A stretch of DNA of 64,000 nt from a virus. The notes under the pieces were generated by a model. The model was not told the origin of the DNA. It saw nothing but the letters and a program-made list of their open reading frames with translations, and searched no databases. Positions within the stretch are counted from its first letter, which is position 1. Every line of letters starts with the position of its first letter. The position numbers were made by a program, and so were the translations under genes. Shown here in pieces: positions 27,180 to 36,345 of the stretch. The stretch lies in IMG/VR virus record IMGVR_UViG_3300028394_000045, positions 32,001 through 96,000 of that record. One strand, given 5' to 3'.

Positions 27180-27986
27180 TTATCCACGTGCAACTGGGCT
27201 TCGGGTGTTGACACCTGAGGCTTGACCCAAGTGCGGCTTGTTAGCTGGCTTGAGGTTTTGTGTGCCTTGTGCTGGTGTATTACCCACACGGCCGATCATG
27301 TCTTTGGTTGTGTTTCTGTAAGCAGCGGTATCGTGATTTCCGCCCATTTCGCCACCGGCATGCACAGGTTTTACACTGTTGCCAATTGGACCTTTTGCGC
27401 CTGCATTTGCTGCCACAGTAGACCGCTTGTTCACGCTGCCTTCTTCAGAAGTCACTGGTTTTGGGGCTGCTTTGAGTGTGACAGCTTCCATCATGCCCGG
27501 TGGCATTTCGCCGGTGTCGTCCATTTCAATAGCGTCGCCGCCTTCTTCAGGACCAAAACCATCGCCGTCGCCCATACCGCCCATACCATCCATGATGTCT
27601 TCAAATTCAGCCATCAATTGGTCCAGCTTGTCTTCAAGATTCATGATGTCGTCTTTGGTAGCTGGTTCATCGCCGTCGCCCATGTCATCCATTCCGCCCA
27701 TGTCACCGTCACCAGCTTCAACATCGCCAATGAATTTATTAGCAGCATCGCCGCCCATTTTGTCACCGTCGTCTTCGTCGTCGCCTTCAGCTTCCATGTT
27801 CATGTCGGACTCTTCTTCGGAATCGACTTCGTCCATTAGACTTTCTTCGATTTCCTCTTCATCGGCCTCCATCATGCTTTCATAAATCTGGCGGCTTTTT
27901 TCCACGATGATGTCATGAAAAAGTTCTTGAGCCTTGTGCTCTTCGTCATTGATCACATATTCAATCAATTGTTCAAATCTGTTCAT
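27180..27986 (-). CDS. Acidic prohead core protein (position of gp67/gp68)
   Basis: Very D/E/M-rich; between portal and protease; AGGAG RBS. Confidence 0.6.
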   Translation of the reverse strand: MNRFEQLIEYVINDEEHKAQELFHDIIVEKSRQIYESMMEADEEEIEESLMDEVDSEEESDMNMEAEGDDEDDGDKMGGDAANKFIGDVEAGDGDMGGMDDMGDGDEPATKDDIMNLEDKLDQLMAEFEDIMDGMGGMGDGDGFGPEEGGDAIEMDDTGEMPPGMMEAVTLKAAPKPVTSEEGSVNKRSTVAANAGAKGPIGNSVKPVHAGGEMGGNHDTAAYRNTTKDMIGRVGNTPAQGTQNLKPANKPHLGQASGVNTRSPVARG

Positions 27987-28096
27987 AAGAAAACTCCTAT
28001 AGGTAAAGTGTGCTGTTATTTACACAGCAAGAGAAATCTATAGTGTTTAAGGGCAGAAAATGACGATAAATTGCAGGAACTGCAATCGTCTGGCTA

Positions 28097-28321
28097 TCAC
28101 AAGCCCGGTGGGGCTGCGGGTGCTGGTGCATACTGCTGACGCACCAATTTCAATTTGTCTTTGTACTCAACTGTACGCACGTCATTCATGCGGCGTAGTT
28201 TGTTCAACTGTCTCAGGGTCAAATGAGTCTTTCGCAGGTCGCCCAGTTCAGGCTGGCTGTTGTCCTGCTTGAGATCCTGATATGCCTCAGGATTTTTTTG
28301 AAAAAACTCGTGTAGTATCAT
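28097..28321 (-). CDS. Small head-cluster hypothetical protein
   Basis: 74 aa with RKTHLTLRQLNKLR; TAAATA lies 5 nt before the ATG. Confidence 0.65.
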   Translation of the reverse strand: MILHEFFQKNPEAYQDLKQDNSQPELGDLRKTHLTLRQLNKLRRMNDVRTVEYKDKLKLVRQQYAPAPAAPPGL

Positions 28322-28329
28322 ACTGGTAT

Positions 28330-30120
28330 TTATGCAGGAGCAGCAGGTGCGCTGCCCGGTGCTGCACCGGCCGGATTGGCCGGCATTGGTGCTCCAGGAG
28401 TTGCACCAGGGGTGCCAGGTGCGGCCGGTGCCATTCCTGCAATGTCTTGTCCTGTTTCAATGTCTGCTTCCATTCCTGCTGGATTGATACCCACACTACG
28501 CAAGTCTTGCCCGCTGGCTGCTTTTTCTTCTATGGTATCGTTTTCTTCGCGCCACATCTCTTCGTTTTCCTGGATCTCTTCTTCGGTCAAGCCCAAGAAA
28601 CGCTCCAGCAAGAATCTCTTGCTCATGTAAGGCAACGGCTCTAGGCTTTGGAATGATGTGATACGTGTGTTGTCCAGTTCACTCTGACGGTAGCTGGCAA
28701 AGTTCTGCGGCGGATTAAATCTGAGACTGAACAGGCTGGAGTCTATGTTGAATCCGCGCCATTTCATGAACATCTTGAATTCATCATCCAATTTCTGCAC
28801 AATAAGTGCTTGCAGTCGTTCGCAATACTGATTGAATCTGTACTCTTGTATTAGAGCTGTGCCCACTTTTCCGTCGTTCATTGTGGCGCCGCTGTCGTCT
28901 GGTCCAGTGGGCAAATAGCTGCTGGGCACACGCAGACCGCGGGCCATTTTGTTGTTGAAATACTTCAAATCGTCAATTTCGCCCAGGTTCTGACCACCGG
29001 CTAAAGTGTCAATACTGCTGCCACGGCCGTCTGCTGTGACTGGGAAAAAGTAATCTTCGCCCACACTCAGTGGGTTGTAGCTGGCATCCATCATGTTGGT
29101 TCCGCCACCTGTTATGGTAGGAATACGTCGCTGATGCATTTCGTTTTTGACCCGTTCCACAAACGCCATGGCCAGGTGGCTGGGCATGTTGCCCACGTCG
29201 ATCTTGAAGATTCGTCGTTCTGGAGCTCGTTGCACACGGTAAATCAGTATGGAATCTTCCAGCAGTTGTTTTTGCTTGAACACCATGTAGATCTGTTCCA
29301 AGATGCTGCGTCCAAAAGGCCAAAACACATCCAGGCCTTCATTCAAACTCATATGCACCACATGCTTGGCATCAATACAAACTTCGTTCATGGCCTGCAT
29401 GAATCTGCTGTTGCCCACTCCACCGCCGGTGCCGCCATTGGGCATGGTGTAGTTGGATGCTCCGGCCACACTGCCGGTCACAGGATTGGTCATGTAGTCT
29501 GTGGTGGTCTTGGCTGCCACGCTCATGTTCTGGAAGTTGGGGTTGATGTCACGGATCACATACTGTTCCGGACGCTTGCCTTCGCTTTCATTCACGATCA
29601 CACGAGCCAGTTTGCTCATGTCCACCCACATCATCTCAAATGTTTCTGGATCACGCACAAACACTTGATCACCGTACTTGATGGTGTTGCGGAACAGTTT
29701 GAAGATGCGTTGATCCAGCTTGTTCAGCTTGACCCATTGCTGTAGCTGCTTCTTGATGATGCTGATCTCGTGATCAGTGGGTTTTTCCTTGAAATCCACT
29801 TCAAACGGTGTGCCGTTCTGCTTGTTAGGCTGTGTGCTGAACTCTGCAATAATGTCCAAACAGGCATTGACTTCTGAGTCCATGTCCATGTTTTCGTACT
29901 GATTGTAGCGTTCAATTCGATTGGGATGGCCACTATACACTTCGGGCAAACGACTGGCATAGTTACGAAACACAAAGTCTGCTTGAGCACCGGTGCCGTC
30001 GTTTTTGCCGTAGTTGTCTAGACCAAATTGATTGCGACCCGATATAGGGCTGAGTTGTCCGGAAGTGTCGGCCACTTTGAAATACTTTTTCCAAGAGCCT
30101 TGTGGTGTTTTTTCTGCCAT
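28330..30120 (-). CDS. gp20: Portal protein (gp20-like)
   Basis: LLEDSILIYRVQRAPERRIFKIDVGNMP, EDYFFP, and GQNLGEIDDLKYF..K..RGLRVP. Confidence 0.96.
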   Translation of the reverse strand: MAEKTPQGSWKKYFKVADTSGQLSPISGRNQFGLDNYGKNDGTGAQADFVFRNYASRLPEVYSGHPNRIERYNQYENMDMDSEVNACLDIIAEFSTQPNKQNGTPFEVDFKEKPTDHEISIIKKQLQQWVKLNKLDQRIFKLFRNTIKYGDQVFVRDPETFEMMWVDMSKLARVIVNESEGKRPEQYVIRDINPNFQNMSVAAKTTTDYMTNPVTGSVAGASNYTMPNGGTGGGVGNSRFMQAMNEVCIDAKHVVHMSLNEGLDVFWPFGRSILEQIYMVFKQKQLLEDSILIYRVQRAPERRIFKIDVGNMPSHLAMAFVERVKNEMHQRRIPTITGGGTNMMDASYNPLSVGEDYFFPVTADGRGSSIDTLAGGQNLGEIDDLKYFNNKMARGLRVPSSYLPTGPDDSGATMNDGKVGTALIQEYRFNQYCERLQALIVQKLDDEFKMFMKWRGFNIDSSLFSLRFNPPQNFASYRQSELDNTRITSFQSLEPLPYMSKRFLLERFLGLTEEEIQENEEMWREENDTIEEKAASGQDLRSVGINPAGMEADIETGQDIAGMAPAAPGTPGATPGAPMPANPAGAAPGSAPAAPA

Positions 30121-30138
30121 GATCAGTTATTTACCGTG

Positions 30139-32910
30139 TTATGCGGTTACGTTGTATATCTTTTGCTGCACGTCCACGCTGTTTTTCTGTATGCGTATCA
30201 ACTCTTGCATGGCATCCAGCAAGGCCACATTGGTAGCTTTTTGCTCGGCCAAGGCAGATTTAACATCGCCCATGCTGCTTTCAAAACTTGCTTTGGCAGC
30301 TGATTGATCGGTCTGAGACAATGTACGTAATCCTTCTGCCAGGTCCGGAGACATAGTTGCCAGCATCTTGGCCACATCAGCAGAGTTGTCAAGACTAACA
30401 TTCATGCCTTTGCTGTTGAGTGTGGCCACATCTGAATTGATGGTCAAGCCTGCTGTGGCATCTGACATATCAAATGCTTGGGACAATGCTGAGGCAAGAT
30501 CAACATCGTTGGGCACAACTTCGCTGGCTTTCTTTTCTTTGGCCTTGGGCACACGTTGCCAGTGTCCAGGATCAGATTTTGGCAATGGCCGCATCCACCC
30601 GTTATCTTTAAGAATCTTTTCGAGATCCTTGGTCATGTCCTTTACTCTGACATCAAGAGCGTCGCCAGTTAGATGTTTGCTGTTTTCAGCAACAGGAAGA
30701 TTCTCTTTAGTAAACCTGTTGCCTTTTTCGTCTGTGTGATCTACCAGTGCTTCTTGCTCTTTCTGGGTTCGCACATTGCTGATCACTGGAACACCTTGTT
30801 TGACCAGTTCAAGCACATCGTCCAGCACTCGAGCACCGTTATCTAATACTGTGATATTTGCTGTTTCTTTTGCCTTGGATTTGTCTTTGGCTGCTGCTTC
30901 GTCCGCTGTTTTCCTGGCGGCTGCTTCGTCGGCCGCTTTTTTTGCGGCTGCTTCAGCAGCTTTAGCCTCCGATTCATTCTTTATTCTAGCTTGTTTTTCT
31001 GCATCGGTTTCGCCTACAGGTGGTGGTGGTGTAACTACCACTGGTGGTGGTGTAACTACTACGGGTTTACTTTTAGCGTCTGCTTTACTTTTAGCTTCGG
31101 CAGCGTGAACAGCTTCGTCAGCGGCTTTGCTTTTTTCTTCTGCTGCTTTTTGAAGTTTGTTGGCTTCATGAATCTTTTGCGCTGCGGCGCGCTGTTCTTC
31201 CGACCCATTGGTCATTTTGTTAAGTTCTGCTTGGGCCGTGGCTATTTGAGCTTTAATAAGTCTAAGCTCTTCCGTTGCTTTACTAGATTCCGCTCGTGCT
31301 TTCTCTACAGCAGGATCTGTTTCACTGACCTGTTGCTCTTTAGCACCAATCGGGGGCTTGGGCGCAGCTGGATTTTTTCCAAATGCTGCAAAATAATCAT
31401 TGATAGCATCAAGAACTGCTTTCTGCACATTTTTTTCAAAATCTTTCAGAGCAGCACCAAGTCCTATTTGTATTGGTCCAACATCAAATCCTTTGAATAT
31501 GGCCTGCTGCAAATTTGTCATGCCCTGTTGTTGCTGACGTAACAATTCTGCATATTTTTGTAAATTCTCATCTCCTGAACCAGGTGTAGCACCTGGACCG
31601 CCCACCGTGTCTTTTTGACCTTGTTCTAACTGTTTCTTCCTTGCTACCGGGTTGCTGTTTGCATATTGTTTAAGAGCCTGCGTTTCAACATATTTAATTC
31701 CGCTGTTATCTTGTATACCCAACTGCGCAGATGTATTCATTGCATCGCCATAATTCGCAGCCGCTCGGGACAGTTTTTCAGTGGCCTCTTCTGCGGTTAA
31801 TAGTCCAGCCTTCAAATCTTGAGTGACTTGCAGTATCACTCCCTGGGTACTTGTCACACCTTTTTGTCCTGCTTCGCTGGTGATTGCGCCCGATAGCGTA
31901 TCTTTAAAAGCCTGTTGTAATTCTGGACTGAGTTTAGACAAAATTGCATTGGTTCTATGAATTTCCTCGACTGCTTTGATCTGTTCAGGGTCTCCGCTTT
32001 CGTTCATCTTATCTATCGTGGCACGGAATCGTTGTTCGTTCATTGCTGCTTCTCGTACGGCAGTTTGTTCCTTGCGAGTAAGCCCAGTTAATTTGGTCAA
32101 AGCATCTTGTTCGTAGAGATAGTTTTTAGTACTGGCAGCCAACTGAGTGATATTTTTGTTCTGCGCTGTACCACTGATGGTTTGTAGTCTTACAAAATCC
32201 ATCATGGCTTCGTTCATGGTTTCTTGTGTAAAGCCCAACTTGAAGAAATTTGCTCTTTCACCTTCCATTGCTGCGCCAAGATCATCAAACTTTTTGCGTC
32301 CGTTAGCTACTGTGTTACCAAACACTGCTAAATTTTTGCTGTTGCTAGCTATGAGATTCAGATACTCATCCATTTTCAACATGTTGGTGCCGGTTTTACG
32401 AGCACTATCTGCAACTTGTTGCAATCCTTCAGAAGTGGTGGCACCTGCGTCGGATAATTTTTTATAGGAAGCATAAGATGTATCCAGCATCTCTCTTCCC
32501 ATTTCATTCAGCTTTTGCACAGTATCAAATGCTGCCAGGCCTATAGCAGCCAACGCACCAACCACTGCTTTTACAGCGATACCGCCCGGAGTCAACAGAG
32601 TCAATGCTATTGCGGCCTGCTTGACAGCCGTGTTCATATTTTCAATGGATTGATTGAATGCTGATGCACCCTGGCGACCTTCGTACATGGCAGATGCCAC
32701 TGATCCCACAGCTTTGCCCAGGCTCTGCAATGACTGGGCTGCATTCATGCCCGATTGTGTTAGTTGTTGATCTCTGTATACTTCAGCAGCAGTTCTTCTG
32801 CGTATGGCATCTGCTGACTGAGCAGTGAGATTGCCGTAACGATCAAACTCTACATTGAGCCGGCGCAGGTGTTCGGCAACTGCGTTTACTTCGTCATTTA
32901 TGTCAGACAT
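30139..32910 (-). CDS. Tape-measure-like protein with a C-terminal peptidase M15-like domain
   Basis: Long Ala/Gln-rich helical body; R-T-x-x-E-Q, S-K-H-x-x-G-x-A-x-D and D-P-G-H motifs near the C-terminus. Confidence 0.65.
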   Translation of the reverse strand: MSDINDEVNAVAEHLRRLNVEFDRYGNLTAQSADAIRRRTAAEVYRDQQLTQSGMNAAQSLQSLGKAVGSVASAMYEGRQGASAFNQSIENMNTAVKQAAIALTLLTPGGIAVKAVVGALAAIGLAAFDTVQKLNEMGREMLDTSYASYKKLSDAGATTSEGLQQVADSARKTGTNMLKMDEYLNLIASNSKNLAVFGNTVANGRKKFDDLGAAMEGERANFFKLGFTQETMNEAMMDFVRLQTISGTAQNKNITQLAASTKNYLYEQDALTKLTGLTRKEQTAVREAAMNEQRFRATIDKMNESGDPEQIKAVEEIHRTNAILSKLSPELQQAFKDTLSGAITSEAGQKGVTSTQGVILQVTQDLKAGLLTAEEATEKLSRAAANYGDAMNTSAQLGIQDNSGIKYVETQALKQYANSNPVARKKQLEQGQKDTVGGPGATPGSGDENLQKYAELLRQQQQGMTNLQQAIFKGFDVGPIQIGLGAALKDFEKNVQKAVLDAINDYFAAFGKNPAAPKPPIGAKEQQVSETDPAVEKARAESSKATEELRLIKAQIATAQAELNKMTNGSEEQRAAAQKIHEANKLQKAAEEKSKAADEAVHAAEAKSKADAKSKPVVVTPPPVVVTPPPPVGETDAEKQARIKNESEAKAAEAAAKKAADEAAARKTADEAAAKDKSKAKETANITVLDNGARVLDDVLELVKQGVPVISNVRTQKEQEALVDHTDEKGNRFTKENLPVAENSKHLTGDALDVRVKDMTKDLEKILKDNGWMRPLPKSDPGHWQRVPKAKEKKASEVVPNDVDLASALSQAFDMSDATAGLTINSDVATLNSKGMNVSLDNSADVAKMLATMSPDLAEGLRTLSQTDQSAAKASFESSMGDVKSALAEQKATNVALLDAMQELIRIQKNSVDVQQKIYNVTA

Positions 32911-32916
32911 GAATTT

Positions 32917-32947
32917 TCACCTATAAGTAGTGTATATTTATAGGTGA
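32917..32947. promoter_or_regulatory. Symmetric divergent late promoter/RBS element
   Basis: Inverted repeat TCACCTATAA-N11-TTATAGGTGA. It contains TATAAGTA (+), TATAAATA (-) and an AGGTGA RBS on each strand. Confidence 0.7.
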
Positions 32948-32950
32948 TTT

Positions 32951-33793
32951 ATGACCCAATCTGCTAACCCGTTGAAACAATATTTCCGCCAACCTGCGAT
33001 CTATCTCAGATTGCCCACAGGAGGCAAATACTGGCCACCGGGCTCTATTGAACTGACCCACAACGGTGAATTTCCAGTTTATCCAATGACTGCCATCGAC
33101 GAAATAACTTATCGAACTCCGGATGCCCTGTTCAACGGACAAGCAGTGATCACTGTGATACAGAGCTGTATTCCCAACATCAAAGATGCGTGGCAAGCAC
33201 CCACTACAGATATCAACAGCATGCTGGTGGCTATTCGTTTGGCCAGTTACGGACATGAACTAGAAATCAGCAGCACCTGCCCCGGCTGCGAAACCAGTGA
33301 AGATTATGCATTGGATCTGCGTAACATACTGGATCAGTTGAAATCACCAGATTTTGAAAGCACATTGACTTATGGTGATCTAGAAATTGCATTTGGACCC
33401 ATCAGCTACCAAAATCAAAACAAAAGCAATCAAGAACAATTTGATGAGCAGCGTATGATAAGGAGTGTGACCGATTCAGACCTGCCGGAAAATGAAAAAC
33501 TCCAACGATTGAATGATGCCATGCGCAGGATTACCGAACTCACAATAGATGCACTCAAATGGAGCATTACCGGCATCCGAACACCCGGCGCTATCGTGAG
33601 CGAAACTGAGCACATACAAGAATTCCTGCGCAATTGCGATCGCAAGTTGTTCAATATCATACGTGATCATGTGATCAATCTACGACAGACCAGCGAACTA
33701 AAACCATTGGATATTGTTTGTGGAAAATGCCATCACGAATATCGACAATCGGTTACCTTGGACATGACAAGTTTTTTCGGACCCGCCTCCTGA
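32951..33793 (+). CDS. gp26: Baseplate hub assembly protein (gp26-like)
   Basis: YLRLPTGG, VYPMTAIDE, IRLASYG, CPGC and a C-terminal CGKC; divergent from the tape-measure-like gene. Confidence 0.7.
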   Translation: MTQSANPLKQYFRQPAIYLRLPTGGKYWPPGSIELTHNGEFPVYPMTAIDEITYRTPDALFNGQAVITVIQSCIPNIKDAWQAPTTDINSMLVAIRLASYGHELEISSTCPGCETSEDYALDLRNILDQLKSPDFESTLTYGDLEIAFGPISYQNQNKSNQEQFDEQRMIRSVTDSDLPENEKLQRLNDAMRRITELTIDALKWSITGIRTPGAIVSETEHIQEFLRNCDRKLFNIIRDHVINLRQTSELKPLDIVCGKCHHEYRQSVTLDMTSFFGPAS

Positions 33794-34008
33794 ATTCCAA
33801 CGCCGAAGAAATCTCAACACTGGTAGACGATATGGAACAGGAGGCTGATGAGTTACGTCGGCAGAGTTTAAAAATGAGTTGGTACATGCGCGGCGGATTG
33901 TCCTACGATGATGTACTGAGTCTCAGCCACCGAGAACGCACAATGGTCAGTGGCATCATCAAAGACAATCTTGAAACAACCAAAACCAGCCGATTACCTT
34001 TCTTCTAA
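33778..34008 (+). CDS. gp51-like hub assembly domain, probably reached by -1 frameshift (alternative: ATG 33832)
   Basis: -1 frame ORF ...SWYMRGGLSYDDVLSLSHRER...; slippery T TTT TTC at 33772-33778; no clear RBS before ATG 33832. Confidence 0.6.
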   Translation, partial: RTRLLNSNAEEISTLVDDMEQEADELRRQSLKMSWYMRGGLSYDDVLSLSHRERTMVSGIIKDNLETTKTSRLPFF

Positions 34009-34508
34009 TGGATATCATAACTGTCACTCGCGACATACTTGCATGGTCGCAAACTTTTGTAGAAGTTCCGCACCCGGCCCTGGGCAACTGGGCACCCTGT
34101 CCATTTGCACGGCAAGCACGGCTGGCTGGCACAGTGGGCATATTTGTAGGTAAAGAACCATACTTTGATCTTGAATCACGTGCTGCACTGGGTATGCAGC
34201 AATATCAAGTTATCATCTATGCATACGATCCAGGAGAATGGACTCTTGAGTATTTCTCACCTAGATTGAAATCAGCCAATCGAGATTTTTTGCTTGCGGC
34301 AGACTTAATCGTGTTAGAAGATCACCCTGATGCAGTAGAAGATGTGAATGGTGTGATCATGAATCAGGGCCGGTATGCATTGAGTCTGGTACAGAGCCTC
34401 AGTGAGCTGGATCAACGAGCACTACAACTGGCCCACAAAGGATTCTATCATGCTTGGCCTGAAGACTATCTCACAGGTTTGTTTGAACACAGGCAAGATC
34501 CAAGATGA
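34008..34508 (+). CDS. DUF1415-like protein
   Basis: W..FVE.....GNWAPCPFAR and EDHP motifs resemble the DUF1415 LCPFA/FHP motifs; TAATG coupling. Confidence 0.5.
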   Translation: MDIITVTRDILAWSQTFVEVPHPALGNWAPCPFARQARLAGTVGIFVGKEPYFDLESRAALGMQQYQVIIYAYDPGEWTLEYFSPRLKSANRDFLLAADLIVLEDHPDAVEDVNGVIMNQGRYALSLVQSLSELDQRALQLAHKGFYHAWPEDYLTGLFEHRQDPR

Positions 34509-34948
34509 CATATCAATTTGCCAGGATTGATCTTGCCCGGACCGACTACAAACCCACAGTTGAGTGGCAGTTTATAACCAGTCGAGAGCCAGATATGTTG
34601 GCCAGGCTTGATAACATCTACAGAACTTATTGCATCTACAAACATTTTGCAAGTGTGATGCCTGTGTTCCATAGCAGATATCTTGATCCCATGGCTGACT
34701 TGATTGGATACTACGATTCTGGAAAATTAGTAGCATGGAGTCTGATACGCAGATTTGATCAGCACAATGCACAATGCGACCAGTTTGCCTGGACCTATCA
34801 TAAACCAAAACTACGCATGGGCATAGAAACCATGAAAACAGAGTGTGCTATCTACAAAGCTCGCGGATTTGAATACTTGTACCTAGAACAAGCACACTTA
34901 TACAAGTCAGAAATTGACGGATTTGAAATACTAGGACCACTGGAGTAA
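34505..34948 (+). CDS. ATE/Bpt-like aminoacyl-tRNA-protein transferase C-terminal (GNAT) domain
   Basis: GYYDSGKLVAWS...FAWTYHKPKLRMG...ECAIYKARGFEYLYL...YKS resembles ATE_C. Confidence 0.55.
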   Translation: MTYQFARIDLARTDYKPTVEWQFITSREPDMLARLDNIYRTYCIYKHFASVMPVFHSRYLDPMADLIGYYDSGKLVAWSLIRRFDQHNAQCDQFAWTYHKPKLRMGIETMKTECAIYKARGFEYLYLEQAHLYKSEIDGFEILGPLE

Positions 34949-34951
34949 CAC

Positions 34952-35296
34952 ATGGATTTATACACAATTTGGGCAGACAAACAAGGTGACATTTCAGACC
35001 TTGACTGGGTGAATGGAATGAAAAGTTTTTTTGATCATCTGATCAGTGAAGACCGCATGGTCACCTATCGTATCACCAGGTGCAAGATGGGCTTTCGCAG
35101 CATACCGGACATGCCAGAGTGGATGATAATCATGGAGTTTCGTAACATGGCTCAGATAGATCGTGCATTCAAGCGAGTGGCACCACTCAAAGGCGAACTT
35201 GAAGATAAACATCGCAGCTTCAATCAGTTTGTGTCGGGCAATATCCAGCATGCGCTGTTCAGAGATTGGCCAGATAATGACTTGGATGATCTATGA
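34952..35296 (+). CDS. DUF6614-like protein (probable dimeric alpha/beta barrel)
   Basis: MDLYTIWAD...YRITRCKMGF...PEW.I.MEF..MAQIDRAF. Confidence 0.5.
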   Translation: MDLYTIWADKQGDISDLDWVNGMKSFFDHLISEDRMVTYRITRCKMGFRSIPDMPEWMIIMEFRNMAQIDRAFKRVAPLKGELEDKHRSFNQFVSGNIQHALFRDWPDNDLDDL

Positions 35297-36345
35297 AAAA
35301 AATTGTATGTTCTCTCAGCGCAGATAGTGTAGGTTGTACTTTTATTGATTGGAGCATACATTTTCTAGCAGGAAAAAAACAGTATTACTCGTTTGCACAA
35401 CAACAATGGATTCCGTTGGTATTGAATCCTCTCACAGATTGCAATGCACACGGCCATGATAGAAATCACCCTGGCGGAATAGAAAATGTAACTACGATGT
35501 TGCAACAGGCAAAAAACATGCCCGATGATGGGTTGTATAGCATGTACCCATTTTCTGCAGAAACATCACATGTTCGTAAGAAACTAAAAATCAATTTTGA
35601 ACAAGCCGATGAGAAAGATTTTTCAGAAATAGAGCAAAAATGGCATACGGAAAACTACGCTAGGATATTTGATTGTTGTATCAATAACAATGCCAAGATA
35701 ATTTTTATACATGATAACAAATCTGTCAACTGGTATAAATTATTTGGCCATCAACGGATAAAATACAATGTACCTGAAGACGAACAAGCTGAAATAGACT
35801 ATAGAAAAAAAAGTTTTCATAAAAACTCAATAGATAAATGGAAAAATCTTGGATTAGAAAATATTTGGGATGTTAGAGAACGGCAAGCACTGGATGTAAG
35901 ATTACTTGATATGCATACTAATGAAGTCGCAGATAAATGTAATTTTTCAAAACCACACTTCAGAGCCAGCGTCAGCGACCTATGGCATCGTGGGATAGAA
36001 TTATTTCATCAGATCATGATGTACTTAGATATGCCCATTGTTCCGGATAGATTGGGTCAATGGATTCCTATATATCACGAATGGGCGCAGAAGCCATTGG
36101 CATTGATGAAATTTGGAGACGGGTTTGATGATACAATAAAATGTATAGTAAATGGATGGTATAAAGAACTACCAGAACTGTCATTTGATCAAGAAGTCAT
36201 AATACAACATGCTCTGATCTACAAACATAATCTCAATCTAAGAACGTGGCAACTAGAAAAGTTTCCAAGGAACACAATAGATCTACATCGATTGCTTGAG
36301 CCAAACATTCATACGCTTGTGCATACATATGAAGAACTTCGCTAG
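35293..36345 (+). CDS. Hypothetical protein, sulfotransferase-like family (paralogue of 44935..45816)
   Basis: GCTFIDW, AHGH, WDVRE and a C-terminal E..IQ..L......L..FP; AT-rich. Confidence 0.5.
   Translation: MKKIVCSLSADSVGCTFIDWSIHFLAGKKQYYSFAQQQWIPLVLNPLTDCNAHGHDRNHPGGIENVTTMLQQAKNMPDDGLYSMYPFSAETSHVRKKLKINFEQADEKDFSEIEQKWHTENYARIFDCCINNNAKIIFIHDNKSVNWYKLFGHQRIKYNVPEDEQAEIDYRKKSFHKNSIDKWKNLGLENIWDVRERQALDVRLLDMHTNEVADKCNFSKPHFRASVSDLWHRGIELFHQIMMYLDMPIVPDRLGQWIPIYHEWAQKPLALMKFGDGFDDTIKCIVNGWYKELPELSFDQEVIIQHALIYKHNLNLRTWQLEKFPRNTIDLHRLLEPNIHTLVHTYEELR

Noticed and set aside
33718-33777. ORF-track N-terminus MWKMPSR... for the gp51-like ORF
   Set aside because: It lies within the gp26-like C-terminal region with no RBS. 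A frameshift or ATG 33832 is more plausible.
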